Under the pieces are notes generated by a model, which worked only from the letters and a program-made list of their open reading frames with translations, had not been told where the DNA came from and did no database searches. A DNA stretch of 64,000 nucleotides, from assembly GCA_963719515.1 (NCBI GenBank), contig CAVRCJ010000004.1, positions 95,555 through 159,554 of the forward strand. The letters are read 5' to 3'. This document shows, one piece after another, positions 10,929-21,406 of the stretch; positions within the stretch are counted from its first letter, which is position 1, and the number at the start of each line of letters is the position of its first letter. This DNA is from an uncultured cyanobacterium (GTDB taxonomy: Bacteria > Cyanobacteriota > Cyanobacteriia > CAKZMO01). The position numbers and the translations under genes were made by a program.

Positions 10929-12164
10929 CTAAGACAGCTGCGCCGCCAGCATTGAGGCAGGCCGCGCCGTCAAAATCTCCTCTAGTTCATTCATCATCTT
11001 GTCCATGCGGGCTACCCAACTGTGGTGGTCGATGGCTATTTGGCGGGCGCGATCGCCCATGGCGGCGAGCTGCTGGCGCTGGTGGTGGGCCTGGGTGAGG
11101 GCGCGCTTCAGGTCTTCCTTGTCCCCCGGCGCGTAAAGAAAGCCGGTTTTCCCCTCCTCCAGCGTGCGCCGGGCATCCTCAAAGGCAGAGGCCACCACGG
11201 GCTTGGCCATGGCCATATATTCGTAGAGCTTCAGAGGCGAGTGATACATCTTGCCCACCTGCATTTTGATCTGCCCAGTGTAGCCAACGTCAAACCCGGC
11301 GATGTAGTCCGGCACCTCTGACCAGGGCACCTGCCCTACAAAGGCCACCTGAGATCCCAGCTCCAGGGTCTGAGCCAGAGCCTCCCACTCAGGCCGCATC
11401 AGGCCGTCCCCCACCACCACCAGACCAACGGGGATGCCCTCAAGCTTAAGCTCGTGAATGGCGCTCAGCAACAGGTCCAGCCCGTGCCAGCTGTACAGCC
11501 GCCCGACGAAGCCCACCGTCAGGTGGGGGAACGGCCGCTTGGGCTTTGCCCGCTTGGGGTTGAAGCGCTCGGTGTCGACGCCGTTGGGCACCACAATCAC
11601 CTTGTCGGCAGAAATGCCCGAGGCCTCAATTACCAGCGATTTGAGCGCCTCAGTGACGCACACCAAGGCGTCGCAGTCGCGGTAGGCCTGCACCTCTAGC
11701 CGCCGCGCTAAGCCGTGGAGCACCGTGGTTTTCCGTTCTGTTTTGGCCTCGTAAAACAGGGGGGCGTGGGTTTCCAGAACCCAGGGCACCCCGCGGCGCT
11801 TAAAAGGTTTTCCCAACGCCTGGAAGGGGGCAAACCGCTCGTAGACCCAGTCCACCTGACCCCCAAGCTCGCTCCAGGCCTCGCGGGCGTACTTCATACC
11901 CAGGACGATTCGCGCCAGGTCTAGCGCCAAAGCGCGAGGCACCCCGCCGCTCATGGCCCGCTCCGACTTGCCGGTCACCCAGGCGGTGGGAACGCGATCG
12001 CCGACGATGAAGGGGTTCACCTGCCAGCCCAGGGCTTCTTTGGCGCGAATGCAGCCCAGAATGTGGGCGCGGGGGCCGCTAATCTCGGCCTCGGGGTGGG
12101 TGGAAATTCGCGGGGCACCGCTGAGGTAGCCGAGTCGGGTGTTAAGGGTGGAGGTAGGTCTCAT
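10929..12164 (-). CDS. Glycosyltransferase family 4
   Basis: VVPNGVD, GFVGRL..WHG, VGDG, SPLKLYEYMAMAKPVV. Confidence 0.9.
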   Translation of the reverse strand: MRPTSTLNTRLGYLSGAPRISTHPEAEISGPRAHILGCIRAKEALGWQVNPFIVGDRVPTAWVTGKSERAMSGGVPRALALDLARIVLGMKYAREAWSELGGQVDWVYERFAPFQALGKPFKRRGVPWVLETHAPLFYEAKTERKTTVLHGLARRLEVQAYRDCDALVCVTEALKSLVIEASGISADKVIVVPNGVDTERFNPKRAKPKRPFPHLTVGFVGRLYSWHGLDLLLSAIHELKLEGIPVGLVVVGDGLMRPEWEALAQTLELGSQVAFVGQVPWSEVPDYIAGFDVGYTGQIKMQVGKMYHSPLKLYEYMAMAKPVVASAFEDARRTLEEGKTGFLYAPGDKEDLKRALTQAHHQRQQLAAMGDRARQIAIDHHSWVARMDKMMNELEEILTARPASMLAAQLS

Positions 12165-12245
12165 GAATTATCCTTAGTGAAAGTTACCTATTAAGCCTGG
12201 GGGCCAGCGATCGCAGGGTGGGCAATGCCCATCCGACCCATGGGA

Positions 12246-13406
12246 CTATTTGACCGGGGAGGCCAGCGATCGCAGCGAGGAGACCCCCATCGCCTGGTGG
12301 TAGAGGCCTTCAAGCTGGCGCGTTTGCCGGTGCAAATCGAAGCTTTGGGTGACCCAAGCTTGCCCCCGGCGGCTGAATCGTCGCCACAGAACTGAGTCCG
12401 TCAGCAGCTGGAGAATGTATTGACCGAGGGTCTCCCAATCTCCCTCCGGAGCAAGAAAGCCCGTCTCACCGTGCATCACCGCCTCTGGAATGCCGCCGCT
12501 GGCAAAGCTGACTACGGGAAGCCCCATGGCCTGGGCTTCAACAAAAACGATGCCAAAGGCCTCGGCATCCCCCGAGGGCGCAATGACGCTAGGGACGCTA
12601 AACACCTGCGCCCGGTTCATCCAGGCTTTGACCTGCTCGGGAGACTGGCGGCCCAAGAAGCGATAGCGCTTTAGGGTTGCCTTGGCCTGCTCTTCTAGGG
12701 AAGAGCGCAGCGTCCCATCGCCAATTACCACCAGCTCAACATCGGGGCGCACCTGCTGGACCTGGGCCATTGCCTTGATGAGGCGATCGCAGCCTTTCTT
12801 CTCCACAAGCCTGCCCGTAAACAGCACCACCGGCTCTCGGGAAACGGTGCTGTCTGGGCAGAAGCGGGCGGTGTCGACGCCGATGTAGTGCACCTTCACC
12901 TTCTCGGGGGGAAACCCTTGATTGAGCATGGTGCGCTGAATAAAGTGGGACACCGCAATGAAGCAGGTGGCTTTTTTTTGAAGCCGACTGCGGTGGCGTA
13001 GATAGGTGCGGTGGCTGGAGGTGGACTGGCGAATGGCCTGTTCCGTCAGGGTGACGTCGTAGCCGTGCATCGTCACCAGCAGCGGAATATTCAGTCCCTG
13101 AGCGAGGGGTAAGGCTCTTAGCCCGTCTGGCCCGAAGTGGGCGTGGACCAGGCTGGGCTGCAGCTTCTGGGCGCGCTCGAAGAAATCGGGGGCAAAGCCC
13201 TGGAGCTTATAGGAAAGCTTCCACAATTTGCCCAACCGACCGGCGTCGACAACTAGGGTCCGCTCTGCCGGCAGCGGTAGCCCCTCAACCCGCTGTATCC
13301 CCGCGTAGTGGGGCACAAACTCCTGCAGCGCTTCCGCCTGCGATCGCACAAAGGTGGCTGAATAGGCCAGCAGGTCATCGCAATAGATCAAGGCTGATTT
13401 AGCCAT
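12246..13406 (-). CDS. Glycosyltransferase family 4 (WcaL/AmsK-like)
   Basis: HAHFG, T.HGYD, GRLVEKKG, GDAEAFG.V..EAQAMGLPVV, GIPE; ATG at 13406 preferred. Confidence 0.9.
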   Translation of the reverse strand: MAKSALIYCDDLLAYSATFVRSQAEALQEFVPHYAGIQRVEGLPLPAERTLVVDAGRLGKLWKLSYKLQGFAPDFFERAQKLQPSLVHAHFGPDGLRALPLAQGLNIPLLVTMHGYDVTLTEQAIRQSTSSHRTYLRHRSRLQKKATCFIAVSHFIQRTMLNQGFPPEKVKVHYIGVDTARFCPDSTVSREPVVLFTGRLVEKKGCDRLIKAMAQVQQVRPDVELVVIGDGTLRSSLEEQAKATLKRYRFLGRQSPEQVKAWMNRAQVFSVPSVIAPSGDAEAFGIVFVEAQAMGLPVVSFASGGIPEAVMHGETGFLAPEGDWETLGQYILQLLTDSVLWRRFSRRGQAWVTQSFDLHRQTRQLEGLYHQAMGVSSLRSLASPVK

Positions 13407-13435
13407 GGCTTCAGTTCTATACCTTTTCAAAACCG

Positions 13436-14677
13436 TTATCTAGACGTAAGCACCCATGGCTCCGCCTGAACCGGCGGCGGGTCTGCAGGCTCGTCTCGCT
13501 CTTGAGGCGCGTGCCGCGTGCAGACCGTCGTGACGTAAAAAATCCAAAAGAAAGTATTTTGCAGCAGCCAGACGCTTTCCGTCAGGTTGTAGAGCAGCAT
13601 AAACGTTAGGTAGGCCAGGGGCAGCAAATACTCAGAGGTCTGGGTGACGCTCACCCGCCGGATGGCCCGGTAGAACGCAAACGCCAGCCCCAGCCCAAAT
13701 ACAATCATGCCCAGCAGCCCCACGTCGAGCCAAAGGTCCAGGTAGCCGTTGTGGGAATGCCTAGGGAACCAAGGCTCTAGAAACCAAACGTCTGCAGACG
13801 GCCCCGACCAGCCGCGCCAAAATCCGCCGTAGCCATAGCCCCACCACAGCCGCTCTTGAATCTTCGTCAAGGCGATGCTCCACAGGTCCGTTCGCCCTGA
13901 GAAGGTGAGATCCTTGCCGGCGGCCCCCACCACGGACTCAATCTGGGCCAAAATACCGATAAACACGCCGCTGCCCAGCAGCAGGGTGACGCTGAGCACC
14001 GGCACCGCCAGCTTGTAGTAAAGCCGCACGATGCGGTAGACCGGCATGAAGGCCAGCAGCAGCACAAACAGCGCCAGAGCCGTTTTCGAGTTAGACAACA
14101 CCAGCAGCGCCACCGACAGCCCCAGCCCCGCCCAATGAACCCAGGCCCACCGCTGCCCCTGCTGCGCGTTCAACAAAAACACCATGCCGCTCAGCACCAT
14201 CACCCGGCCCAAGAGGTTTTTGTGGTGATAAATTCCTTGCCAAGACTGCCCCCCCTGCAGGCCATAGCTGGGCAACCCCAGGGCAAACACAAAGCTCAGG
14301 GCCACCGCAATCCCCATCACCCAGGCCAGCAGCTGCAGCTGCTGTTTGAGGGAGTAACGCTCCGCCAGGTAGACGCCAAACAGCGTCGTTCCCGTGAGGG
14401 CGATCGCCTTTTGCACCGTTTCTCCAGGGGCCGTCGACCAAACCACCGACGCCGCGATAAACCCCATGTAGAGCCACAGCAGCTTGGCCCGCACAATCAC
14501 GGGCAGCGCCGTCCGCCACTGCAGCGCCAAAAGCAGGGTCGTCATGGCGTATACCCCCAGCCAAAACACCTGACGCAGGGCATGGGGAATCAGCAGAATG
14601 AATGACTCGGTGGACAGCAGCAGGGTCAGCACCGCAAATCCCGGTTCGATACGACGAAAAGAAATGGTAAAAGGCAT
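13436..14677 (-). CDS. O-antigen ligase / Wzy-like polymerase
   Basis: Multi-TM protein; WQG.Y.HKN.LG, S.SKT, TFSGRT.LW, GYGYGGFW, HSHNGYL. Confidence 0.88.
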   Translation of the reverse strand: MPFTISFRRIEPGFAVLTLLLSTESFILLIPHALRQVFWLGVYAMTTLLLALQWRTALPVIVRAKLLWLYMGFIAASVVWSTAPGETVQKAIALTGTTLFGVYLAERYSLKQQLQLLAWVMGIAVALSFVFALGLPSYGLQGGQSWQGIYHHKNLLGRVMVLSGMVFLLNAQQGQRWAWVHWAGLGLSVALLVLSNSKTALALFVLLLAFMPVYRIVRLYYKLAVPVLSVTLLLGSGVFIGILAQIESVVGAAGKDLTFSGRTDLWSIALTKIQERLWWGYGYGGFWRGWSGPSADVWFLEPWFPRHSHNGYLDLWLDVGLLGMIVFGLGLAFAFYRAIRRVSVTQTSEYLLPLAYLTFMLLYNLTESVWLLQNTFFWIFYVTTVCTRHAPQERDEPADPPPVQAEPWVLTSR

Positions 14678-14769
14678 GAGCGGTATGTATAAGACCGTTG
14701 TAGGGGCTTGGCGGTGCCAAGCCCACCCACAGGTTCAATCGGAGACGAGATTGGACGACAAAAGAACCG

Positions 14770-15681
14770 TTAGCGCGGCACCAAATAGCGGTACACCGCC
14801 CGAGAATTGAGCTTGAACCGGTCTAGCCAGGACAGCGATCGCAAATAGCTCGCCACAAAATCCCGCTGATCCGCCTCAATGCCCCCCGCCCGCCAGGATG
14901 CGCTCATGCCGCGAGCCAGCAGCCCGTGGGTAAAGCGCTCCAGGTTGGGAAACTTTTGACGAATCCAGTAGGCCGCCAAAATCAGGATGCGGGCCTGCAT
15001 CAGCTGATTTTTGGGTTGCCAGGTGTAGGCGTTGTTGCCGTGAATGGTTTGGTTAGCTAGGTTTTGCTCCAAGAACACCCCTGGCGTTAGGGCCACGGTC
15101 GTAAACTTTAGGTAGTGATCACCGATGGAAATATGCTTTCCCTCCGGCATGGGCAGCACCTGCGCTAGCAGCGATCGCCTGAAGCAAAGGCCGGAGGTAG
15201 CGGGGGGGTCGAAGGAGACGGTCCCTTTGCTGCGAATGTAGCCCGTCATGTCGTAAATCTGCTCTAGGGCGTCGCCTTTGGGAAACGGCTCAAACAGGGT
15301 TTTGTGGGCGTCGCTAATGAGCTTTAGGGTGTGGAAGCACCAGCCGCTTTGGGGGTGTCGCTTGAAAACATCCATGACCGTTTCCACCTTTTGAGGCATG
15401 AACACGTCGTCCGCGTCGAGCAGGAAGATCACCTCGCCCTTGGCGGCGGCAAAGCCGGCGTTAAACGTAGAGGCCTGTCCTCCGTTTTCTTTAAAAACAG
15501 GCCGGACGCTGTCGCCATAGCCGCTAATGACGTCGCGGGAACCGTCAGTGGAGCCATCGTCCACCACAATTACTTCCGTATGAGGGTAGGTCTGATAAAT
15601 GGCGCTGTCGATGGCCTGTTCGAGAAAGTCGGCGTAGTTGTAGTTGTTGATAATGATGCTGGCGAGCATGGGTTCTGACAT
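14770..15681 (-). CDS. Glycosyltransferase family 2
   Basis: SIIINNYNY, VVDDGSTD, NGGQAS..N.G, LDADD. Confidence 0.9.
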   Translation of the reverse strand: MSEPMLASIIINNYNYADFLEQAIDSAIYQTYPHTEVIVVDDGSTDGSRDVISGYGDSVRPVFKENGGQASTFNAGFAAAKGEVIFLLDADDVFMPQKVETVMDVFKRHPQSGWCFHTLKLISDAHKTLFEPFPKGDALEQIYDMTGYIRSKGTVSFDPPATSGLCFRRSLLAQVLPMPEGKHISIGDHYLKFTTVALTPGVFLEQNLANQTIHGNNAYTWQPKNQLMQARILILAAYWIRQKFPNLERFTHGLLARGMSASWRAGGIEADQRDFVASYLRSLSWLDRFKLNSRAVYRYLVPR

Positions 15682-15829
15682 GTCTGCCTCTTTGTAGAAA
15701 AGTTGTAGTAAGAATGGATGGAACTATTGGCGTCGCAGCGGTAGTGAAATGAAGGCAGCGCTGGATTTTGGGCTTATGATTTTGGACTGATTCAGTGCCG
15801 CTTCACGCCGTGATTTCAAGGTCAAAGCG

Positions 15830-16745
15830 CTAGGCCCGCTTAGAGCTGCCCCCCATCACCAGACGGAGGCGCTCCCAGCTGCGCACATAGCGCACAAACA
15901 GCATCGCCGCCGTAAACTGCAGGCGCTGCCAGTGGGTCTTAAGGTGGTCGTAGGACCAAATGTAGAAGTACATCCGCACGGGGGGCAGGACGTCTTTAAT
16001 AGAGTCTCGAAGAATCCGCAGCAGCAGTGGAACAGGGGCCACACCGCGCGATCGCACTAAGTCTAGGTGACCGCCCGTGACGCGGGCCACCTTCACCCGC
16101 AGCTGCCGCCAGGTGTGGCGCGCGGGGTGAGCCACAAGGGCCTCCTCGGCGTAAACCTGCCCGTAGCCTGCGGCAAATACCCGCTGCCCCCACTCGCGAT
16201 CGCCGCTGGACTTGAGGCTGTCGTCAAAGGGACCCTACCGCTTCAACAATGGCTTTGGAGGTAAACAGGTTGGCCGTGGCCCCGTAGTGGGACTCCGCCA
16301 CAAACTCGGCCTGGGGAAAGCCGATTTTGATGCTGTCGTACAGCTCCACCGCTGTGGGCTGTGACGGGTTTTGAAAAAACAGCTCGATTTGTCCCGCCAC
16401 TAGGCCACAGTTGTCGGCGGCCAAAAAGCGCGCTGCGCCCAGCGCAATCCACTGCCGGTCGGGAATGCAGTCGGCGTCGGTGAACGCCAGGATATCTCCT
16501 TTGGCTTTGGCGATGCCGGCGTTGCGGGCCGCGTAAGACCCTGGGCGACGCTCCCTCAGCAAGACGACTTGCTTGTAGGGATCCACCACGGGCTGCAGGT
16601 CATCATCTGAGCCGTTGTCCACCACAACCACCTCGTAGCGATCGCGGGGGTAGCTTTGGCGCTCTAGGGCCTGTAGGCAGAGCCGCAGGCGCTCGGCGTC
16701 ATTAAAAACGGGAATGATGACGGAGACAAAGGGAGATGAAGTCAT
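15830..16745 (-). pseudogene. Glycosyltransferase family 2 with +1 frameshift near 16232-16235 (pseudogene or sequencing error)
   Basis: ORF 16224-16745 stops at AVGSL*. Removing one G from GTAGGGTCCC restores VGPFDDSLKSSGDREWGQR..HPAR, colinear with the paralog at 16846-17745. Confidence 0.8.
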
Positions 16746-16845
16746 CGGTACGGTGTGGGTAATGGAAATTAGAATGTCGAGGCTAGGCGCTGTGTGGTTT
16801 GGACTCTTCCCCTTTAAAGGGAAGCTTTTAGGGACGCGTCAGGGC

Positions 16846-17745
16846 CTAGCCTCGGGTCGAGATGCCGCCCAGCCGCAGCCGCAGCCGCTCGCGGGCGCTC
16901 AGGTGCTTCACCGACAGCATTACTAGATTGATCTGCAGCTTTTGGGCCGCGCTCAAGCGCCCGTGGGTCCAGATGCGGCGGCAGTCTTCGCTAGAGAGTA
17001 TCAGGTCTCTCGACAAGTCCCTCAAGAACTCCTTCCAGCGGTAGCCCCGCCGGGTTTTGAAATCGTAGTGGCCCCCGGTGATGCGAATTGTGCGCTTGAA
17101 CAGCTCGGCAAACGACCGACGGGCCGGGTGAGCGACGCGGGTGCTCTCCCCATAGACCTGCTGGTAGCCCGCCTTGTAGACCCGCTGTCCCCACTCGCGA
17201 TCGCCGTTGGACTTGAGGCTGTCGTTGAATCCTCCCACCCGGCCTAAAACGGCGCGAAAGGTGAAAACGTTGGCCGTTGCCCCATACCGCAGCTTCTCGA
17301 TGAACTTCTTTTGGTGGAAGGCCGTGACGCTGTCGTAGAGTTCTACTAGGGTGGGCTGCTTGGGGTTTTCAAAGGAAAGCTCAATTTTTCCCGCGACCAG
17401 TCCGCAGTTTGAGGTGGCCAGCAGGGTGGCTACCCCCGTCTCCAGCCAGTCGGAGGCCGGAAGACAGTCGGCGTCCGTAAAGGCCACCACCTCGCCTTTG
17501 GCGAGCTTGATGCCGTGATTGCGGGCGGCGTAAGAGCCGGTTTTCTTTTCGTAGGTGAGAGTAACTAGGGGGAAGGGATCGACAGCTGGGCGGGGGTCTT
17601 CTTTGGACCCGTTGTCGACCACAATAATCTCATAGCGATCGCGAGGGTAGGTCTGGTTGTGCAGCGCCGACAGGCAGGCGCTCAGGCGCTCTGAGTCGTT
17701 AAATACGGGAATAATAATAGAAACAAACGGATGGAAAGAACTCAT
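16846..17745 (-). CDS. Glycosyltransferase family 2
   Basis: SIIIPVFND, VVDNGS, YAARN.G, FTDADC, GDREW. Confidence 0.9.
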   Translation of the reverse strand: MSSFHPFVSIIIPVFNDSERLSACLSALHNQTYPRDRYEIIVVDNGSKEDPRPAVDPFPLVTLTYEKKTGSYAARNHGIKLAKGEVVAFTDADCLPASDWLETGVATLLATSNCGLVAGKIELSFENPKQPTLVELYDSVTAFHQKKFIEKLRYGATANVFTFRAVLGRVGGFNDSLKSNGDREWGQRVYKAGYQQVYGESTRVAHPARRSFAELFKRTIRITGGHYDFKTRRGYRWKEFLRDLSRDLILSSEDCRRIWTHGRLSAAQKLQINLVMLSVKHLSARERLRLRLGGISTRG

Positions 17746-17887
17746 AGTTTTACGCGTCCCTTGAAACGGTATTACCGTTTAGCACGGTTAACAGGTGCAG
17801 AATGGAAGGGGCGGTAGTGCAGCCTTATAGGTCGATTGCGCCCGGTTTATACCGGGCTCGACCTCGCATATTAGATAAAAACTATTC

Positions 17888-18125
17888 TGGGAGCCGGGTC
17901 TCCCCGTCGGGGAGTATCTGTTTGGCATCTCGGAAGACCCCCTCTAACTCCCCCTTGCTAAGGGGGAGAACTGCACCTTCCCCCTTTGTTTTGGCGCAGC
18001 CTGCCCGTTGGCGAAGCCTGACCGAAGGTCATAGGGCGTAGGGGGATTGAGGGGGGTAAGACCGAGGCATCTCGCTGCTTCTCCAAAGCTGCTAAACACT
18101 TACATCGGGGGAAGCCCAGCTCCCA
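17888..18125. repeat. Nested cyanobacterial palindromic repeat / MITE-like element (CCCCCTT..AAGGGGG family)
   Basis: Outer inverted repeat TGGGAGC.GG..TCCCC, inner TGTTTGGC..GCTAAACA; body colinear with 24239-24579. Confidence 0.7.
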
Positions 18126-18208
18126 ACCCAGACAAGGTTTAATTGACCTTCGCTGGTTATGGTAGACCAGGCGCTAGGGGCCAAGGTTCCGGCTTCACCG
18201 TATCCTCA

Positions 18209-19273
18209 TCAAGGTTTGGCCGGTAATGCCACCTGCTGTGGGGGCCACTGAAGGCCGTACTGACGGATCAACGCTGACGCAAACCGGGTTCGGGACTGGT
18301 GGAGGGTGAAGGTCCGCTTGGGGGTTAGCTTGGCCTGTAGATGGTTGAGATAGATGGTGGGGCTGTGGAGCACCAGGCGCGCCAGCCGCCACGCACTCTC
18401 CAGCCTGCGGCGATCGCGGCGGCTTTGCTTGTACTGCCGCAGCAGGTACTCATAGCTGAGGTGGGCCAGCAGCGCCTTGCCCTGGGCGGTTTCGAGAGCT
18501 TTTGGCTTCAGCGTCTGCAGACGTTCTACATTAGCCGCCGCGATCTTGAGCCCCCGCTCTGCTTTCTCCACCGTGCGGGTGGGCTGGGTGGCCTGCCCGT
18601 CGTAGATGCGCCAGGTGGCCAGCAGCTGGGGTAAGTAGAGCACGTCCGTCGCGAGGGCCGCTCGCATGGTCCAGTCGTAGTCGCCGGAAGAGCCGTAGTC
18701 GCTGCTAAAGCCCTGCAGGGTTTCTAGGAGGCGGGTGCGAAACACGAGCGAGGTAATAGTGACGTAGGGGGCTCGGTAGGCAAAGTGGAGCACAAACTCG
18801 CATAGCCCCGAGCGGCGGTGAGGGGACCGGTTGACCTCGGCGTAGAGGGGGAACTGGTGCTCAATGATGTCTTGGTAGGGGCGCGTGATGTGGCCCTGCT
18901 CGTCGATGTAGGCAAACTGAACGTGGCACATGTCCACATCCGGGTGGGCATCAAGGGCGCGGGTGGTCTCTGAAACTAACGCGGGGTAGCAGGTGTCGTC
19001 GCTGGTGAGAATGTAGAAGTATTCCGTGTCGACATGGGCCAGACACTCGTTCCAGTCTTGATACATGCCCTGCTGGCGGCCCTGCAGCAGGAGAAAGCGC
19101 GGATCGCCTTTGAACTGCTGCATATATTCCCAGCTGCCGTCGGTGGAATAGCCGTCGACAAACACGCATCGCCAGTCGGGGCAGTCCTGCTGGAGGATGC
19201 TGTCGATGCAGGCCGGCAGATACTTAATTTTGTTGAGGTTAGGGACGCAAAAGGTAAATCGAGGCCGGGTCAT
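18209..19273 (-). CDS. Glycosyltransferase family 2
   Basis: Start MTRPRF at 19273 overlaps the sulfotransferase stop; VDGYSTDGS, TSDD, GDYDW. Confidence 0.88.
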   Translation of the reverse strand: MTRPRFTFCVPNLNKIKYLPACIDSILQQDCPDWRCVFVDGYSTDGSWEYMQQFKGDPRFLLLQGRQQGMYQDWNECLAHVDTEYFYILTSDDTCYPALVSETTRALDAHPDVDMCHVQFAYIDEQGHITRPYQDIIEHQFPLYAEVNRSPHRRSGLCEFVLHFAYRAPYVTITSLVFRTRLLETLQGFSSDYGSSGDYDWTMRAALATDVLYLPQLLATWRIYDGQATQPTRTVEKAERGLKIAAANVERLQTLKPKALETAQGKALLAHLSYEYLLRQYKQSRRDRRRLESAWRLARLVLHSPTIYLNHLQAKLTPKRTFTLHQSRTRFASALIRQYGLQWPPQQVALPAKP

Positions 19274-20319
19274 GGTGTAGTCCAGGTCGTAAGGGTGTAT
19301 TTCTGTAATAGACGCACCAGCGCCCCCCCGGCCCCCCGCCGCTGAAAGGCGCGAATCACGTTGACGACGGCCTGCTCGTACTCCCAGCTGCGGCGGGTTT
19401 CCCGCGTCTTCAGCAGCCACGACAGGGGAATGGTGCCCATTTGCTGTAGCTTGGGGGGGCGGAACTCGTCAACGGTGCGCTGCAGGCCGTCAAAGTCGTA
19501 GCCCATTTGGGCCAGAGTATCCGGCCCCAGCAGGGTCAAGTAGTCTTGAATCACCCGCCAATATTGGGGGTCAGACAGGTTCTGCGTCCATTTATCTAGG
19601 TTTTGCTGACTGGGGGTTCCCTGACGAAAGACGCTGCCCTGGTCTTTGTAGCCGTATCCAGACTGGGGAGCTGACTGGGTCTGATACTGCAGCAGGTCTG
19701 GGGAGAAAGGAAGACTGAGGGCAGCGCAGAGCGACTCGACGGTCTCGGCGGGCGAGGTGGTGAGCTGCTCGTAGGTGACCACCTGGGCGCGATCGCCCAA
19801 GGACTCAATCCCCTCTATCAAGTAGCGCGGCGCGGCCACCAAGTCCTGCTCGTAGCGGTGCAGCCGAAACCAGTTGTCTCGCTTCCAGGCGTTGGCGATG
19901 GAGCAGGCCACGGCCAAGGGATTGCGCAGCAGAATGACAAATTTCGCTTGGGGAAAGATGCGCTGCAGCTCGGGAATGATTAGGTAGTAGCGGGGGGTTT
20001 TGTCGAGGAAGCAGGCCTTATCGGTGGAGGCAAGGGCGGCGTTGTAGAGGTGGGTATACAGCTGGCGCAGCCCCGCTATGTAGGCGTCCTCAGGTAGCCC
20101 CTGCAGGAACTCCCCCACCGCCTGCCGCTCGGCGGAAACGGTGTAGTTGGCGCTATATCCCGTATCCTTGAGGCCGTAGGCTCCCTGCAGCATCACCCAT
20201 GGCTCGGCCAGGGTGTGGACGGCGGCGTGGCTGCCCAGGATGCGCTGCAGCAGCGTAGACCCCGCACGGGGCTGAGAAATTAGAAAAATTAGGTTTTCGC
20301 CCGTGGGGCCAATGCTCAT
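19270..20319 (-). CDS. PAPS-dependent sulfotransferase
   Basis: 5'-PSB loop SQPRAGSTLL, DKTP.Y, 3'-PB motif LLRNPLAV..S, YE.L. Confidence 0.88.
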   Translation of the reverse strand: MSIGPTGENLIFLISQPRAGSTLLQRILGSHAAVHTLAEPWVMLQGAYGLKDTGYSANYTVSAERQAVGEFLQGLPEDAYIAGLRQLYTHLYNAALASTDKACFLDKTPRYYLIIPELQRIFPQAKFVILLRNPLAVACSIANAWKRDNWFRLHRYEQDLVAAPRYLIEGIESLGDRAQVVTYEQLTTSPAETVESLCAALSLPFSPDLLQYQTQSAPQSGYGYKDQGSVFRQGTPSQQNLDKWTQNLSDPQYWRVIQDYLTLLGPDTLAQMGYDFDGLQRTVDEFRPPKLQQMGTIPLSWLLKTRETRRSWEYEQAVVNVIRAFQRRGAGGALVRLLQKYTLTTWTTP

Positions 20320-20349
20320 ACCGATACCTACAATAGAGTTGACGCTGCG

Positions 20350-21294
20350 CTACGCCCTGCGCAGCAAAATAGACCGATGGGTTTCGCCGGCGATCGCTCC
20401 CCTAGCGATTTTGAACAGCTCTTTGAGAGGGACGCGGCGACCGGTCAGCGCCTGCCCCAGCAGCGCCAGCATGCGCCCCACGTCGCGGCGCTCCATGGCG
20501 TCGAAGAATCGCCACCGAAACAGCCTTGTGGTCCAGGCCTGACGAATGCGATCGCCCTCGGTCAGGGGAATCTGCTCCAGCAAAGGCTCAAGCTTGCTGT
20601 AGATCAAGGTCAAATCCTTGAGGTGGGCGGCGGCGTTTAGGGCAGTGGAGTCGCTGTTTTGATGGACGCGGTAGTCCACCAGCGGCGTGGGAATGTAGAC
20701 CAGTCTGCCGTGGGCCGCCAGCCGCACCGACAGGTCGAAGCCGTCGTATCGGGGCAGGCGCTCGTCTAGTAGGCCAATGTCCTGCAGGGCGGCGCGGCTG
20801 ATGACCAAGCTGCGCAGCAGCCCAAACTTGCCTGCGGCGACGTAGGCGAAAATCGCCCCCGAGGGGTGGGGGACGCGATCGCGCAGGCTAATGAGCTGCC
20901 CCCCTGACCCGACGATGCGCACGTTGCTGTAGACGCCGACGGCCCCCGGATGGGACTGCAGCGCTTCAATGGCCGTTTCGACGCCGTTGGGCAATACCTT
21001 GTCATCCCCATCTAAGATCGCCACGTGGCTTCCCGCGGCCACCTTGAGGGCGGCGTTGCGGTTTTTAGGGATGCCTACGTTGTGGGGCTGAAGGACGACG
21101 CGGACCCGGTCGGGATAGCGGCGGGCGTAGTCTTGAATCACCTCCACGGACCCGTCGGTGGAGCCGTCGTCGGCAACGATAATTTCGTAGGGGCTCACCG
21201 TCTGCTGCAGCAGGCTGTCTATGGCCTCAATCAGGTAGGCCTTGTGATTAAAGGAGGTGACGACGACGCTAATGCGGTAATCGGAATGGTTCAT
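20350..21294 (-). CDS. Glycosyltransferase family 2
   Basis: VADDGSTDGS, N.G...NRN, LDGDD, YRVH. Confidence 0.9.
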   Translation of the reverse strand: MNHSDYRISVVVTSFNHKAYLIEAIDSLLQQTVSPYEIIVADDGSTDGSVEVIQDYARRYPDRVRVVLQPHNVGIPKNRNAALKVAAGSHVAILDGDDKVLPNGVETAIEALQSHPGAVGVYSNVRIVGSGGQLISLRDRVPHPSGAIFAYVAAGKFGLLRSLVISRAALQDIGLLDERLPRYDGFDLSVRLAAHGRLVYIPTPLVDYRVHQNSDSTALNAAAHLKDLTLIYSKLEPLLEQIPLTEGDRIRQAWTTRLFRWRFFDAMERRDVGRMLALLGQALTGRRVPLKELFKIARGAIAGETHRSILLRRA

Positions 21295-21406
21295 GGTGAC
21301 ACTGGAACTAAACTTGTTTCGGTTACCCTATCGCTGACAGGGATTTTGGCTTGAATCCTTGCGTTTCGTAGGCGACGGGGCGCGCAAACGCCTCAGAGCA
21401 GCTGCG

